A DNA stretch of 64,000 bases. Source: Synechococcales cyanobacterium VAR_4_metabat_354. Its GTDB lineage: Bacteria > Cyanobacteriota > Cyanobacteriia > Cyanobacteriales > Chamaesiphonaceae. Below the pieces are notes generated by a model that was given only the letters and a program-made list of their open reading frames with translations, was not told where the DNA came from and searched no databases. The position numbers and the translations under genes were made by a program. Position 1 is the stretch's first letter, and the number at the start of each line of letters is the position of its first letter. Location: contig JANOQI010000062.1 of assembly GCA_031414775.1 (NCBI GenBank), forward strand, positions 128,001 to 192,000. The letters are read 5' to 3'. This document shows, piece after piece, positions 1 to 9,336 of this stretch.

Positions 1-43
1 TAGCCTATCCCCTTCCATAACCTAATTTGGGATCATTTGATTT

Positions 44-274
44 ATGACAAACGCCAACGAAATCACTCTTGCCGAACGTATTGAAGAAGCGAGACAAGAA
101 GTTGCCAATCTTTGTGACACGAAAGGTGCCGATTCACCAGAATGTGCAGTTGCAGCCGACACTCTAGAAGAACTCCTAGCGGCTAAGTCTCATAAAGAGC
201 CGGTGAAAAATTCGCTTCAGCAATATTGCGAAGACAATCCCGATGCGGCAGAGTGCCGTTTATACGAAGACTAA
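44..274 (+). CDS. cp12: CP12 Calvin-cycle regulatory protein (variant core motif)
   Basis: 76 aa, acidic. N-terminal Cys pair (CDTKGADSPEC) and C-terminal CEDNPDAAECRLYED typical of CP12. Core motif reads AADTLEEL instead of AWDxVEEL. Confidence 0.9.
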   Translation: MTNANEITLAERIEEARQEVANLCDTKGADSPECAVAADTLEELLAAKSHKEPVKNSLQQYCEDNPDAAECRLYED

Positions 275-361
275 AGTTGTTTACATCTAGGGGGAAATCC
301 CTGAAGCAGCTTTTTCTAATGCCTACAATTTTTCTCATCAACTATTTTAGATAGTCAGATC

Positions 362-571
362 ATGGAAAAAAATATTACCTTTGAACAACGCATTGAGCAA
401 ATGCGAGCAGAGGCAGACCAGGTTTGTACCATCGAAGGGAATAATTCTCCGGCCTGCGCTGTCCGTCGGGAAGTGCTAGAAGAAATGAGAGCAGCTAAAT
501 ATCATCGTGATATTAAGGTGGCACGCAAAATGTTAAAGCAGTTTTGTATCGATCACTACTGCACTGTATAA
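362..571 (+). CDS. divergent CP12-like paralogue
   Basis: Aligns by eye with the upstream CP12 (ITFEQRIEQ/ITLAERIEE; CTIEGNNSPACAV/CDTKGADSPECAV; LEEMRAAK/LEELLAAK). C-terminus altered to QFCIDHYCTV. Confidence 0.7.
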   Translation: MEKNITFEQRIEQMRAEADQVCTIEGNNSPACAVRREVLEEMRAAKYHRDIKVARKMLKQFCIDHYCTV

Positions 572-586
572 ATTTTGGTAAATTAT

Positions 587-624
587 AGCAGCCGTCCGAT
601 TTAATAATCAGGCGGCTGCTTTTT
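587..624 (+). terminator. rho-independent terminator after the CP12 pair
   Basis: AGCAGCCGTCCGAT-TTAATA-ATCAGGCGGCTGCT stem-loop followed by a T run. Confidence 0.75.
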
Positions 625-741
625 AGGATTATGAGTACTAAGTCTACTGGGCTAGTTTGTTGGGCGTTGCGCCTTGATTGAGAAAAAGTTTGGTGCTCCA
701 AACTTGCTATCCTGATAAAAGTAAATATTTAAATATTAATA

Positions 742-1596
742 ATGAAAACAGCATGGGTGTTTCCAGGACAGGGTTCACAAGCTTTGGGGATGGATACTAG
801 TCTGGCACCCGACAGGTTAGCTGCCGCTAGTGATTTACTGGGTTGGTCGGTGAGTGCCGCTTGCCAAAATGCCGACCAGCTAGAAAATACCCGCTATACT
901 CAACCCTGTCTCTATGTCGTCGAAAGTATTTTAGTAGATTGGCTCCGCCAGCAAGGGCAGCAACCTACAGTAGTTGCTGGTCATAGCTTGGGTGAATATG
1001 TCGCTCTATATGCAGCAGGGGTCTTCAGTTTCGAGACTGGTCTGGCTTTAGTGAAAAAACGAGCAGAGTTAATGGATCAAGCAGTGGGTGGAAAAATGAT
1101 GGCGCTGATTGGGTTCGATCGATCAGAGCTAACGACAGTAATTGCTCAGACAGCCGATGTAGTGTTAGCTAATGATAATAGTGCTGCCCAAGTAGTAATT
1201 TCCGGATCACCGGCAGCTGTAGATGCCGTAGTCAAACAGATTAAAGTCAAAAAAGCAGTCCCGCTCAAAGTTTCTGGAGCGTTCCATTCTCACCTAATGG
1301 CCGATGCCGCAGCTGAGTTTGAACACCTGTTGACGCAGACAGAATTTGCTGATGCTCAGATACCAGTACTATCTAATGTTGAACCAGCCCCAGCTAATAA
1401 TGCTCAAGAACTGAAAGAACGTCTCTCTCGACAGATGACCGGTTCAGTACGTTGGCTAGAGATTTGTCAACAACTAAGTGGTTTAGGAGTGACACAGGCA
1501 ATCGAAATTGGACCGGGAAAAGTTTTAACTGGTCTATTGAAGCGCACTTGTCCTGATCTAGAACTTGTCAACATCAGCAGCACTATCCAGAACTAA
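742..1596 (+). CDS. fabD: malonyl-CoA:ACP transacylase
   Basis: FPGQGSQ, GHSLGEY, TQP and SGAFHS motifs. Confidence 0.97.
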   Translation: MKTAWVFPGQGSQALGMDTSLAPDRLAAASDLLGWSVSAACQNADQLENTRYTQPCLYVVESILVDWLRQQGQQPTVVAGHSLGEYVALYAAGVFSFETGLALVKKRAELMDQAVGGKMMALIGFDRSELTTVIAQTADVVLANDNSAAQVVISGSPAAVDAVVKQIKVKKAVPLKVSGAFHSHLMADAAAEFEHLLTQTEFADAQIPVLSNVEPAPANNAQELKERLSRQMTGSVRWLEICQQLSGLGVTQAIEIGPGKVLTGLLKRTCPDLELVNISSTIQN

Positions 1597-1991
1597 CGCC
1601 TAAATAAACTACAGGCCACAGCATTTGCCGATCCATCGGCAAACTTTTCCCACTTTCCATTGGGCTGTAGCCACAAATTTTCCCGACAGTTATAAACCGC
1701 TCTTGGTTGAACAATATTATCAACCATCAGCTGAGCCTGATACTCCCAATATTTTTTAGCGCTGCGGTCAATGCTCAAAATACAGACTTTCTGAGTAACA
1801 ACGCTCTTACAAAAAGATGCTTGGGCAGGGAACGTCACTAGAAATATCAGGATCAACAAACTGATGAGACACTTTCCTATCACCAATGAAAATCTTTTGA
1901 TAGATTTTCCAGACTGAAAGCTTAGATGGCAAGCTTTGAGTATTAGGCTTGATCCAAAAATAAGTAAGGAATCAAGCACCCAGAACATCAA
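1593..1991 (-). CDS. small exported conserved hypothetical protein; true start probably downstream of the ORF start
   Basis: Hydrophobic signal-like segment ending PAQA, then a Cys-containing domain (CILSIDRSAKKYWEY...YNC). Confidence 0.6.
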   Translation of the reverse strand: MMFWVLDSLLIFGSSLILKACHLSFQSGKSIKRFSLVIGKCLISLLILIFLVTFPAQASFCKSVVTQKVCILSIDRSAKKYWEYQAQLMVDNIVQPRAVYNCRENLWLQPNGKWEKFADGSANAVACSLFRR

Positions 1992-1992
1992 G

Positions 1993-2376
1993 TTAACCTT
2001 CTTTTGTAATCGCTTCTAAATAGATGTGTTTATAGCCCAGCTTGATTTTAAATTCATCACCTTGCTTGAGACCCATCTCTTTGGTATAAGCCGCACCTAT
2101 TACTATTTGACCATTCTGATGAACAGTAACTTTGTAGGTAGCATCGCGACCGCGACCATCTTTCCCAGATTCTGGTCCGACAGGGACACCTTTAGCTAAA
2201 AGAACGGCATCATAGAAATCGGTCAGGTTGACACGAACCTGTCCGCTTTTAGCTATGCTGTAATAGCCACATTGTTTTGCCGTCTCACGGCGCGACAAAT
2301 GAGAAAGTTCTTTAACTTTTGATAGTAATACTTTGCCGATGAGTTGATGAGGAGCAGATTCATTCATTTTGATCAA
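1993..2376 (-). CDS. cyanobacterial AbrB-like (cyAbrB) transcriptional regulator
   Basis: ETAKQCGYY, FYDAVLLAKG and C-terminal AbrB domain VTVHQNGQIVIGAAYTKEMGLKQGDEFKIKLGYKHI. Confidence 0.9.
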   Translation of the reverse strand: MIKMNESAPHQLIGKVLLSKVKELSHLSRRETAKQCGYYSIAKSGQVRVNLTDFYDAVLLAKGVPVGPESGKDGRGRDATYKVTVHQNGQIVIGAAYTKEMGLKQGDEFKIKLGYKHIYLEAITKEG

Positions 2377-2520
2377 ATATCCTTTTGTTCGCAGATTATT
2401 TGTAGAGTAATGGGCTTTTTTAAAATTATAGTTGCCCCTTTTTAATATATCTCTAATTTACGGTAATGCCCAAAACTTTTGCATGAAAATCCTAATATGA
2501 TCCTTAATGCGTAGCTAAAG

Positions 2521-3090
2521 TTAGGTCATAATACGTGCAATTCTTTGATGTTCCCAATTTATCTGTTGACTGAGCTGGATATTCTGCGGATCGGCTTTTC
2601 CAGCCTTTTTTAGATAAATTTTAGCTTTACCAATCTGACCAAGATCAATGAGATGTTGGCCTAAAAAATAGTAAACAATACCCTGCCATTGCCGAATATG
2701 TAGATCTTGACTATGGCGCTGTGCTAATCCATCAACTACCGCTACTGCTTGATTTAACTTACGGTGCTGAAGTAAATCTTGCAGTGTGCGGTAAGTACTC
2801 CACTTCAAATCAACTTCTCGTTGCGAAAAAGGAAAGAGTGGTGCTGGAAAGTCTTCGGTAGCTTGGTCTAAAGAAGTATTTAGACATAGCTCAGAGCTAC
2901 ATACTTTCACACTACTTTGTAAAATTTGATACGCTTGATTAAGAACCACAAATCTTTTTTGAGCATGGCGATCGGTAGGATGCAAATCAGGATGTACCAG
3001 CCGAGCTAACCGACGATAAGCAGCTCTAATATCCGTCAAAGAAGCACCAGAGACCAACTCCAATAATTGATAGCATTGATTTACTTTCAT
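2521..3090 (-). CDS. J-domain protein with C-terminal TPR-like helices
   Basis: N-terminal J domain with HPD motif (AYRRLARLVHPDL). Confidence 0.85.
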   Translation of the reverse strand: MKVNQCYQLLELVSGASLTDIRAAYRRLARLVHPDLHPTDRHAQKRFVVLNQAYQILQSSVKVCSSELCLNTSLDQATEDFPAPLFPFSQREVDLKWSTYRTLQDLLQHRKLNQAVAVVDGLAQRHSQDLHIRQWQGIVYYFLGQHLIDLGQIGKAKIYLKKAGKADPQNIQLSQQINWEHQRIARIMT

Positions 3091-3160
3091 TCCACGACCA
3101 GCAAAAAGGATCAGACTTCTGAAATCAAGTCTATTATTCCCAGTTGAAGCTCAATTATGG

Positions 3161-4108
3161 CTATGGTGCTGGTGGATTAGGTGAGCTAGGTGGGGCAGGC
3201 GGCGTGACATCTTCCCAAACATCGAGCACGCTATTTTCATCTTCCTCGTTATTCGGCACAGATCTACCGGGATTTGGCCGGGGAGCTGGTGCAGTACTGC
3301 GACGCGCTGGTTCTCGGTAAGTATCACTCCAGTTTTCCTCTTCTTCATCGGCATAAGAAATCACTTCTGCCCGCAGTTTTTGCGGTTTTGGGGGAGTCCG
3401 GGGTTCTTGCCAATCGTCATCCTCCCAGGTACTCTGCATCACTGGTTCAGGCATCCGCAGTGGTCGCATTTGGGGCGGTGGAGCCACCGGTAAGCCGGCG
3501 GGTAATTGGTTCTCGGGGCGGATAATTGGTGGTCGATAGTCGCCATATTCGTCTTCCCAAGGCGCTTTGCCCAGGCCAATCCGTTCTAAAAGACCAACGG
3601 AGAGCTGTTCTAGCCGCTCTTCGGTGCCTTCAATTACAATCAGTCGATTGGGTCCACTACTCACGACTTCATCGATCGATAGCTCGTAGGTGCTAATGGC
3701 TTGATCGGGAATTAACGGGTAACCCAGGGCGGCGATAATAATTGAAGTGAGGCGGCCATCTTCACAGCTGAATCGAAACCCGCGCACTTTCCCCAGTACA
3801 TCGCCAGTTTCGGTGATCACTTCACAGTTTACTAAGCTGGTATAGGCATCGGGGTCAATATCTTCAATCACATCGTCGGTGTCTACCAAAATGCTGTCAC
3901 CGAGCTTCCGTACACTGCTCAACAACATATAACGCGCCAGATTACCTGGTACGGCCAGAATGTTATCGCGCAAGCCCAGTGCCACGACTTCGCGGCTATC
4001 GATATCCACTAAAATCTCTTTTACTACTCCCAAGGATTTGGCAGAGTCGATCGTGATTACTTGGGTGTTGATGAGATCAGAGCGTTGACGGATTAGTTCA
4101 GATGACAT
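3161..4108 (-). CDS. PRC-barrel domain protein
   Basis: Two PRC-barrel-like repeats (LINTQVIT..LGVV; LVNCEVITETGDVLGKV) and a Pro/acidic tail, directly downstream of smc. Confidence 0.85.
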   Translation of the reverse strand: MSSELIRQRSDLINTQVITIDSAKSLGVVKEILVDIDSREVVALGLRDNILAVPGNLARYMLLSSVRKLGDSILVDTDDVIEDIDPDAYTSLVNCEVITETGDVLGKVRGFRFSCEDGRLTSIIIAALGYPLIPDQAISTYELSIDEVVSSGPNRLIVIEGTEERLEQLSVGLLERIGLGKAPWEDEYGDYRPPIIRPENQLPAGLPVAPPPQMRPLRMPEPVMQSTWEDDDWQEPRTPPKPQKLRAEVISYADEEEENWSDTYREPARRSTAPAPRPNPGRSVPNNEEDENSVLDVWEDVTPPAPPSSPNPPAP

Positions 4109-4136
4109 TAGGTGGGATCAAGAATATAAAAGAGTG

Positions 4137-7100
4137 CTAGGCCGGTGATTTGAGATTAATTCCCAGGACTTGGGTATAAGCCCCGCGCGCTTGGGTGACC
4201 CCAATGGTGCGATCGGCTGCTTCAATCATCGGTCGGCGCAGACTCACTACAATAAACTGAGCTTGTCCGGCTTGCTTTTTAATCATTTTAGCTAATCGTT
4301 CCACATTTGCCCCATCTAAGAACATATCCACTTCATCGAAAGCATAAAAAGGCGAAGGCCGATAGCGTTGCAGAGCAAAAATAAAACTCAAAGCGGTCAA
4401 GGATTTTTCGCCCCCGGACATGGAAGATAAACGTTGAATGGGCTTGCCTTTGGGATGGGCCACCAGATTTAAACCGCCATTGAAGGGATCTTGAGGATCT
4501 TCTAATTGGAGATGACCATCCCCATCGGAAAGTTCGGCAAAAATAATTTGAAAATTGGCATCCACGACATCATAGGCTTCTCGAAAAGCTTGAAAGCGCA
4601 AAGTGGTAAAGTTTTCGATCCGTAGCAGCAGTTCATTACTTTCATCGGCCAGGGTAGAGAGCTTTTGGTTGAGTTCTTCGAGGCGGGTATTAGCTTCTTC
4701 GTAAGCTTGCAGCGCTAGCATATTCACCGGCTCCATCGCTTCCATCCGTTTTTTGAGCGATCGAATCTGATTTTGTAAAGAAATTAGCTCTTCGGGATCG
4801 ATCGATGCCGTCGCCACTGGGATCTCAATACCCACGGGCAGTTCGCTGTGCTGATTAGTAATAGCCGTGGCTAAATTTACTAGGGCTTGGCGGCGCTGGT
4901 TTTGATCGGCTTGGAGCTTCTCGATCGACCACTGTTTTTCCTGTTGGCGTTGCTGAATCTGGCGTAAGGCCATCTCCACTGCGTCACGCTGGCTTTTTTC
5001 GGTACCTAAATGCTGCTCTAGCTCGGCCATCACTGCTTGGGTGCTGGCAATGGCGCTGGCGATCGTACCTAGTTCTTGCTCCACAGTAACTAACTGGATT
5101 TTTTGCTGGTCGGCCTGCTCCTGATATTCGGTGCAGCGTTGATTGGCCGTGGCAAATTTTTCTTGTCCAAGCAGCTGTTTTTGTTTGACCTCATTCAGCT
5201 GGCTATGCGCCTTCGCCAACGCCTGTTCTTGGTGCTGAAGTTCTAATTCCTGCTGACGAATATCAGACTGAATCGCTTGCCATTCTTCATGGACGGCGTT
5301 GTCTTCTAAGGCAGCGAGTTGTTGGCGCAAGGCGGCTAATTCTTCTTCATGGTTGGGCAGCAGTTGATCGATCGATCGCAAAGATTGCACTGTCTGTAAC
5401 TGTTCCTGTCGAGCTTGATCCAATTGCTGCTGCGCATGGCTTTGTTGTTGGAGCAACTGGGCAATATCTTTGGCCAACTGCTCAGTATTTAGCTGGGTCA
5501 GGCGCTGTTGTTGCTGAAGATCATTCAGCTGTTCGCTCATTGATCGCAACTTGAGATTGTCTTGGTTAATGCTGTCATTCCCTAGTTGCACAATGGTCTC
5601 AATTTCTCGCAGTCGTTGGCGGATGGTGGCAATTTCAGAGGACTCTGCAGATTCGCCGGTGCCAAATTGCAAGGTAGCTTTGTGATTAATATTGCCACCA
5701 GTCATCGCGCCGCTGGCTTCCAGTAATTCCCCGGCTAGGGTCACAATCCGCTGTTTGCCTAAGAAATTGCGGGCTTGTTGTAAATCGCGAAAAACGACCG
5801 TACTACCAAAAACATAACTAAAGATCCGATCGTAGCGTTCATCAAATTCAATCAGATTCACCGCATAATCCACAAAACCCGCCGCCGAGAGCAGACTAGA
5901 ATTTTCTTGTAAGCGGGGCGCACTGATTTTGTTTAAGGGCAAGAAAGTCGCCCGCCCCGCCCGTTTTTGTTTCAGAATCTCGATCGCCGCCGCCGCCACC
6001 CGGTCATCAGTGACCACCAGATTCCCCATCCGGGCACCAGCGGCAATCGACAGCGCCAATTGATATTCAGCATCCACCACCCCCAGCTGCGCTATCAGGC
6101 CATGTACCCCGTCCAAGTTTGCTTCCTTTATTACCTTGGTGGCAAAAGTACCCTGCGCTTCCTGCTGCACCTGCGACTGGGCTTCTAGTTTGTCGAGCTG
6201 TCGCTCTTTATCGCGCTGCTCTTGAAAAAGGCGATGTTGGGTTTCTTGCTGAGTCTTCAGGGTTTTTTCCACAGCTTGCAGCTTGCTCTCTAAGTCCGCC
6301 ATCATTCCCAAAAAGCCTGATAACTTCGCCACTAGCTGGGGCTGCTGACGCTGTTTTTCGGCCAAAACTGGCTCCACCGCAGCCAAAATCTGCTCTTGCT
6401 CGATAATTCGATTGGCTAATTGCTTTTCGCGCTCGCTCAAACCCGCTTGGGAAGTCTGCTGTTTGCCAGACGACTCCAACAACACCTCAATCTGCTTAGT
6501 GAGTTGAGTCTGCTGCTGCACCCACACCGTGGAAGAAGCCGCCAAAGAACTAGCTTTATCCTTAGTGATTTCCAATTGCTGCCGCACTTGATCGCGCTCT
6601 TGCGATCGACTAATCAGTTCTTGCTGCTCCAGTTGAGCAATGGTTGTTTGAATCCCGGCCAAATCTTGCTGGTGCTGTGCCAACTGCTGCCGATTTTGCT
6701 CTTGACTATGCTGAGTAGTCTGCTGACTGGCCACAATTTCTTGCTGGCGCTGGGTCAAGCGGCGTTGCTCGGCTTGCTGGTTGGCCAACTTGCCCTGCGC
6801 CGCCACTAGCTGTTCTTCGCCCATCGCCTTGACTCTTTGATTCAGAGCTTCTAAGGCCAGTGCTGTTTCGGTAATTTCGGTTTGCAACGTGGCTAGTTCG
6901 GTTTGCAGCCGAGTCCCAGTTTCTGCGCCCAGCTGGATTTCTTGCTGAAGTTTAGTTTGTTGTTGCTGTAACGATTGCCATTTCAAAATGGCTTCAGCGC
7001 TGGTTTTTTCTTGGAGTTCTTCCCGCAGTTTTTGATATTTTTCTGCTTTGATCCGATCTTGAGATAATCGATCGCGCTGAGCGATTAATTCCATCACCAC

Positions 7101-7748
7101 AATCTGACAGCGATCAGTTTTATCTTTCACCTCTGCGAGCGTGGATTTAGTCTGATTAATCTTGCGATCGAATGCCGCCACCCCCGCCAACTCATCAATA
7201 ATTTCGCGCCGCTCTCGCGCATTCATCGAAATAATGCTGGTAACATCCCCCTGCAACACCACGTTATAGCCTTCTGGGTATACCCGCAGCTTATTCAGTT
7301 TCTCATGCAGCTCACCCAGAGTAACTGGTTCACCATTAATGTAGTAGTTTGAAGTGTAACCTCCCTGGGCATTAACCCGCAGACGGCGAGTCACACTCCA
7401 ATCGGTCGCTACTAGATTAGTTCCCTCTTTCGCCTCAACGGGAGTGGACTCTGCACTGGTCTCCTCTGGACTTAAATCATCCTCTGGAGTCAAATCAAAA
7501 GTCACCGTCACACTGGCTTCCCGGCCACTGCGCTGCGCATTATTGTGATTCACCAAATCGGGTAGCCTTTCTGCTCGCATCCCTTTGGAGCTAGCTAATC
7601 CCAAACAAAATAATAAAGCATCTAAAATATTAGATTTGCCAGAACCGTTAGGACCAGAAACCACTGTAAAACCAGGCAGTATTGGTACCGCAGTGGTACC
7701 ACCGAAAGACTTAAAATGAGAAAGCTCGACTCGCTTGATATTCACCAT
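4137..7748 (-). CDS. smc: chromosome segregation protein SMC
   Basis: Walker A GPNGSGKSN, long coiled coils, hinge GRATFLPLNKI, signature MSGGEKS, Walker B FDEVD. Confidence 0.98.
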   Translation of the reverse strand: MVNIKRVELSHFKSFGGTTAVPILPGFTVVSGPNGSGKSNILDALLFCLGLASSKGMRAERLPDLVNHNNAQRSGREASVTVTFDLTPEDDLSPEETSAESTPVEAKEGTNLVATDWSVTRRLRVNAQGGYTSNYYINGEPVTLGELHEKLNKLRVYPEGYNVVLQGDVTSIISMNARERREIIDELAGVAAFDRKINQTKSTLAEVKDKTDRCQIVVMELIAQRDRLSQDRIKAEKYQKLREELQEKTSAEAILKWQSLQQQQTKLQQEIQLGAETGTRLQTELATLQTEITETALALEALNQRVKAMGEEQLVAAQGKLANQQAEQRRLTQRQQEIVASQQTTQHSQEQNRQQLAQHQQDLAGIQTTIAQLEQQELISRSQERDQVRQQLEITKDKASSLAASSTVWVQQQTQLTKQIEVLLESSGKQQTSQAGLSEREKQLANRIIEQEQILAAVEPVLAEKQRQQPQLVAKLSGFLGMMADLESKLQAVEKTLKTQQETQHRLFQEQRDKERQLDKLEAQSQVQQEAQGTFATKVIKEANLDGVHGLIAQLGVVDAEYQLALSIAAGARMGNLVVTDDRVAAAAIEILKQKRAGRATFLPLNKISAPRLQENSSLLSAAGFVDYAVNLIEFDERYDRIFSYVFGSTVVFRDLQQARNFLGKQRIVTLAGELLEASGAMTGGNINHKATLQFGTGESAESSEIATIRQRLREIETIVQLGNDSINQDNLKLRSMSEQLNDLQQQQRLTQLNTEQLAKDIAQLLQQQSHAQQQLDQARQEQLQTVQSLRSIDQLLPNHEEELAALRQQLAALEDNAVHEEWQAIQSDIRQQELELQHQEQALAKAHSQLNEVKQKQLLGQEKFATANQRCTEYQEQADQQKIQLVTVEQELGTIASAIASTQAVMAELEQHLGTEKSQRDAVEMALRQIQQRQQEKQWSIEKLQADQNQRRQALVNLATAITNQHSELPVGIEIPVATASIDPEELISLQNQIRSLKKRMEAMEPVNMLALQAYEEANTRLEELNQKLSTLADESNELLLRIENFTTLRFQAFREAYDVVDANFQIIFAELSDGDGHLQLEDPQDPFNGGLNLVAHPKGKPIQRLSSMSGGEKSLTALSFIFALQRYRPSPFYAFDEVDMFLDGANVERLAKMIKKQAGQAQFIVVSLRRPMIEAADRTIGVTQARGAYTQVLGINLKSPA

Positions 7749-7967
7749 GATTGATCGCCAACTAAATTGATTGGTTTAACAATCTGTTTTGTGAATACGA
7801 TAACCATATGTGTTTGCTGTAACTTTTCGATTGGATACTAGTCAAAATTTCAGCGAAATGGACGATTACCAATACTCAACGCTAGAGTGATAATTTAGCA
7901 CACCTGGTGTCATAATCAGACCATATTTAATAAGCACCATAATTTATTTTTTAGGGATCGGCTTCTC

Positions 7968-9305
7968 ATGGGACGGATTTTTATTGCAGCTACCTACGGT
8001 GGGATCGAATTAGGAGAGCAAGAACCAGATTCGGCATTGGGAGTAACCACGGAAGCACAAGAAATGTTACTGCTCCGCGATCAGGTGGTACCCGAGTTAC
8101 GTGCCCGCGGTTTTGATGTAATTTCTGTCCCCGATTTGGAAAATCCTCGGCAATCGATCGACTGGATCAACCAACGAGCACATTCTGATGATGTGGCTTT
8201 GGGTATTCATGCCGATGCTTATTCTAAGTCTCAAGTACAAGGAGTGAGTATTTTTTATATTGGTAAAAATGGCGAACGTAAAAATCATGCCCAAATCATG
8301 TTGTCTGCTTTTTGTCGGAAGGTACCAGACTTACCCAGTTTGGGTGTAAAACCAGATAGTGCGACGGCACTGGGCAGTCTGGCCTTCTGTCGGCGGGTGG
8401 CGGTGCCCTCCTTAATGATGGAAATTGGTCTCAAGATCGACAATCTAGACCGCACCGAGCTACAAAGATATCGGAAAGAAGTAGCTTTGGGTATTACCGA
8501 TGGCCTAGCAGCTTGGCATCGAGACAATCAGGGCAGCAACAACAAGAATGCAGATTATTTACCCATTAATCTCAAAGTTAATGACGAAGATTACCCTGAA
8601 AAAGGTGTACTGATTAATGGCAATGTTTATGTATCGATCGACTTAGCTGACCAGTTAGGCGTAAACTTGTCGGCGAACAATATTGTGCGCCCAGTCCGTT
8701 ATCGGGGCGTGGTTTATGTAAAAGCCATCGAATTACGGGATTTCCACATTGCCGTGAATGCTGGAGTGGGGCGAACTTTCCTGATTAATTCGCACCTGCC
8801 AGTCACCTTTGATGAAATGGAGCGGCTGTCCGGGCGAGGTCGGGCTTCAGCGCCGCAACTGTACAGTTTTCTGGCCGTTAATCAACCAGCTCTACCAGCA
8901 GCATTAACTGACCTACCCAAAATTTACATTAGAGAATGTGCGATCGAAGGAATCAATCATGATTTAGCCTTTGTGCAAATGTGCCTAGAAACCAAATTTT
9001 TGAATTTTAGAGGCAACTTGAGTGCTGATCAAAACAACTTTGCTAATCTAGGTGGGACGAATGCTGACTGGGCCAGCTTTTCGACCCCAGAAGCTGGGGT
9101 ACGAGCACATGTGCAACAACTCAAGGCTTATGCCAACACCGCCCCTCTCCAGCAGCCCCTGATCGCCCCCCGCTTTGACATCGTAATGCGGGGAATTGCC
9201 CCCACAGTCCGACAATTAACCGGCCGCTGGTCTACCGATCGACATTACGGCCAAAAGATTTTGGCCATGATGCGTCGGATGTACGAATTCGCCAATTTGT
9301 TCTAA
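7968..9305 (+). CDS. tftA: Amidase_3-like + glucosaminidase-like cell-wall protein (TftA-type)
   Basis: N-terminal amidase-like domain (MGRIFI..GG, TTEAQEM, GIHAD, LMMEIG). C-terminal glucosaminidase-like domain (QMCLET, QNNFANLG, GVRAHVQQLKAYA, GRWSTD). Resembles my recollection of cyanobacterial TftA. Confidence 0.7.
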   Translation: MGRIFIAATYGGIELGEQEPDSALGVTTEAQEMLLLRDQVVPELRARGFDVISVPDLENPRQSIDWINQRAHSDDVALGIHADAYSKSQVQGVSIFYIGKNGERKNHAQIMLSAFCRKVPDLPSLGVKPDSATALGSLAFCRRVAVPSLMMEIGLKIDNLDRTELQRYRKEVALGITDGLAAWHRDNQGSNNKNADYLPINLKVNDEDYPEKGVLINGNVYVSIDLADQLGVNLSANNIVRPVRYRGVVYVKAIELRDFHIAVNAGVGRTFLINSHLPVTFDEMERLSGRGRASAPQLYSFLAVNQPALPAALTDLPKIYIRECAIEGINHDLAFVQMCLETKFLNFRGNLSADQNNFANLGGTNADWASFSTPEAGVRAHVQQLKAYANTAPLQQPLIAPRFDIVMRGIAPTVRQLTGRWSTDRHYGQKILAMMRRMYEFANLF

Positions 9306-9336
9306 AGTTCACTGCAATTTTGCCACCAGATTAGCC

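Noticed and set aside
4137..7748. SMC-family ATPase as a Wadjet/Lamassu-type defence component; Gln-rich low-complexity stretches
   Set aside because: Canonical hinge-containing chromosomal SMC next to a PRC-barrel gene; the Gln richness is ordinary coiled coil
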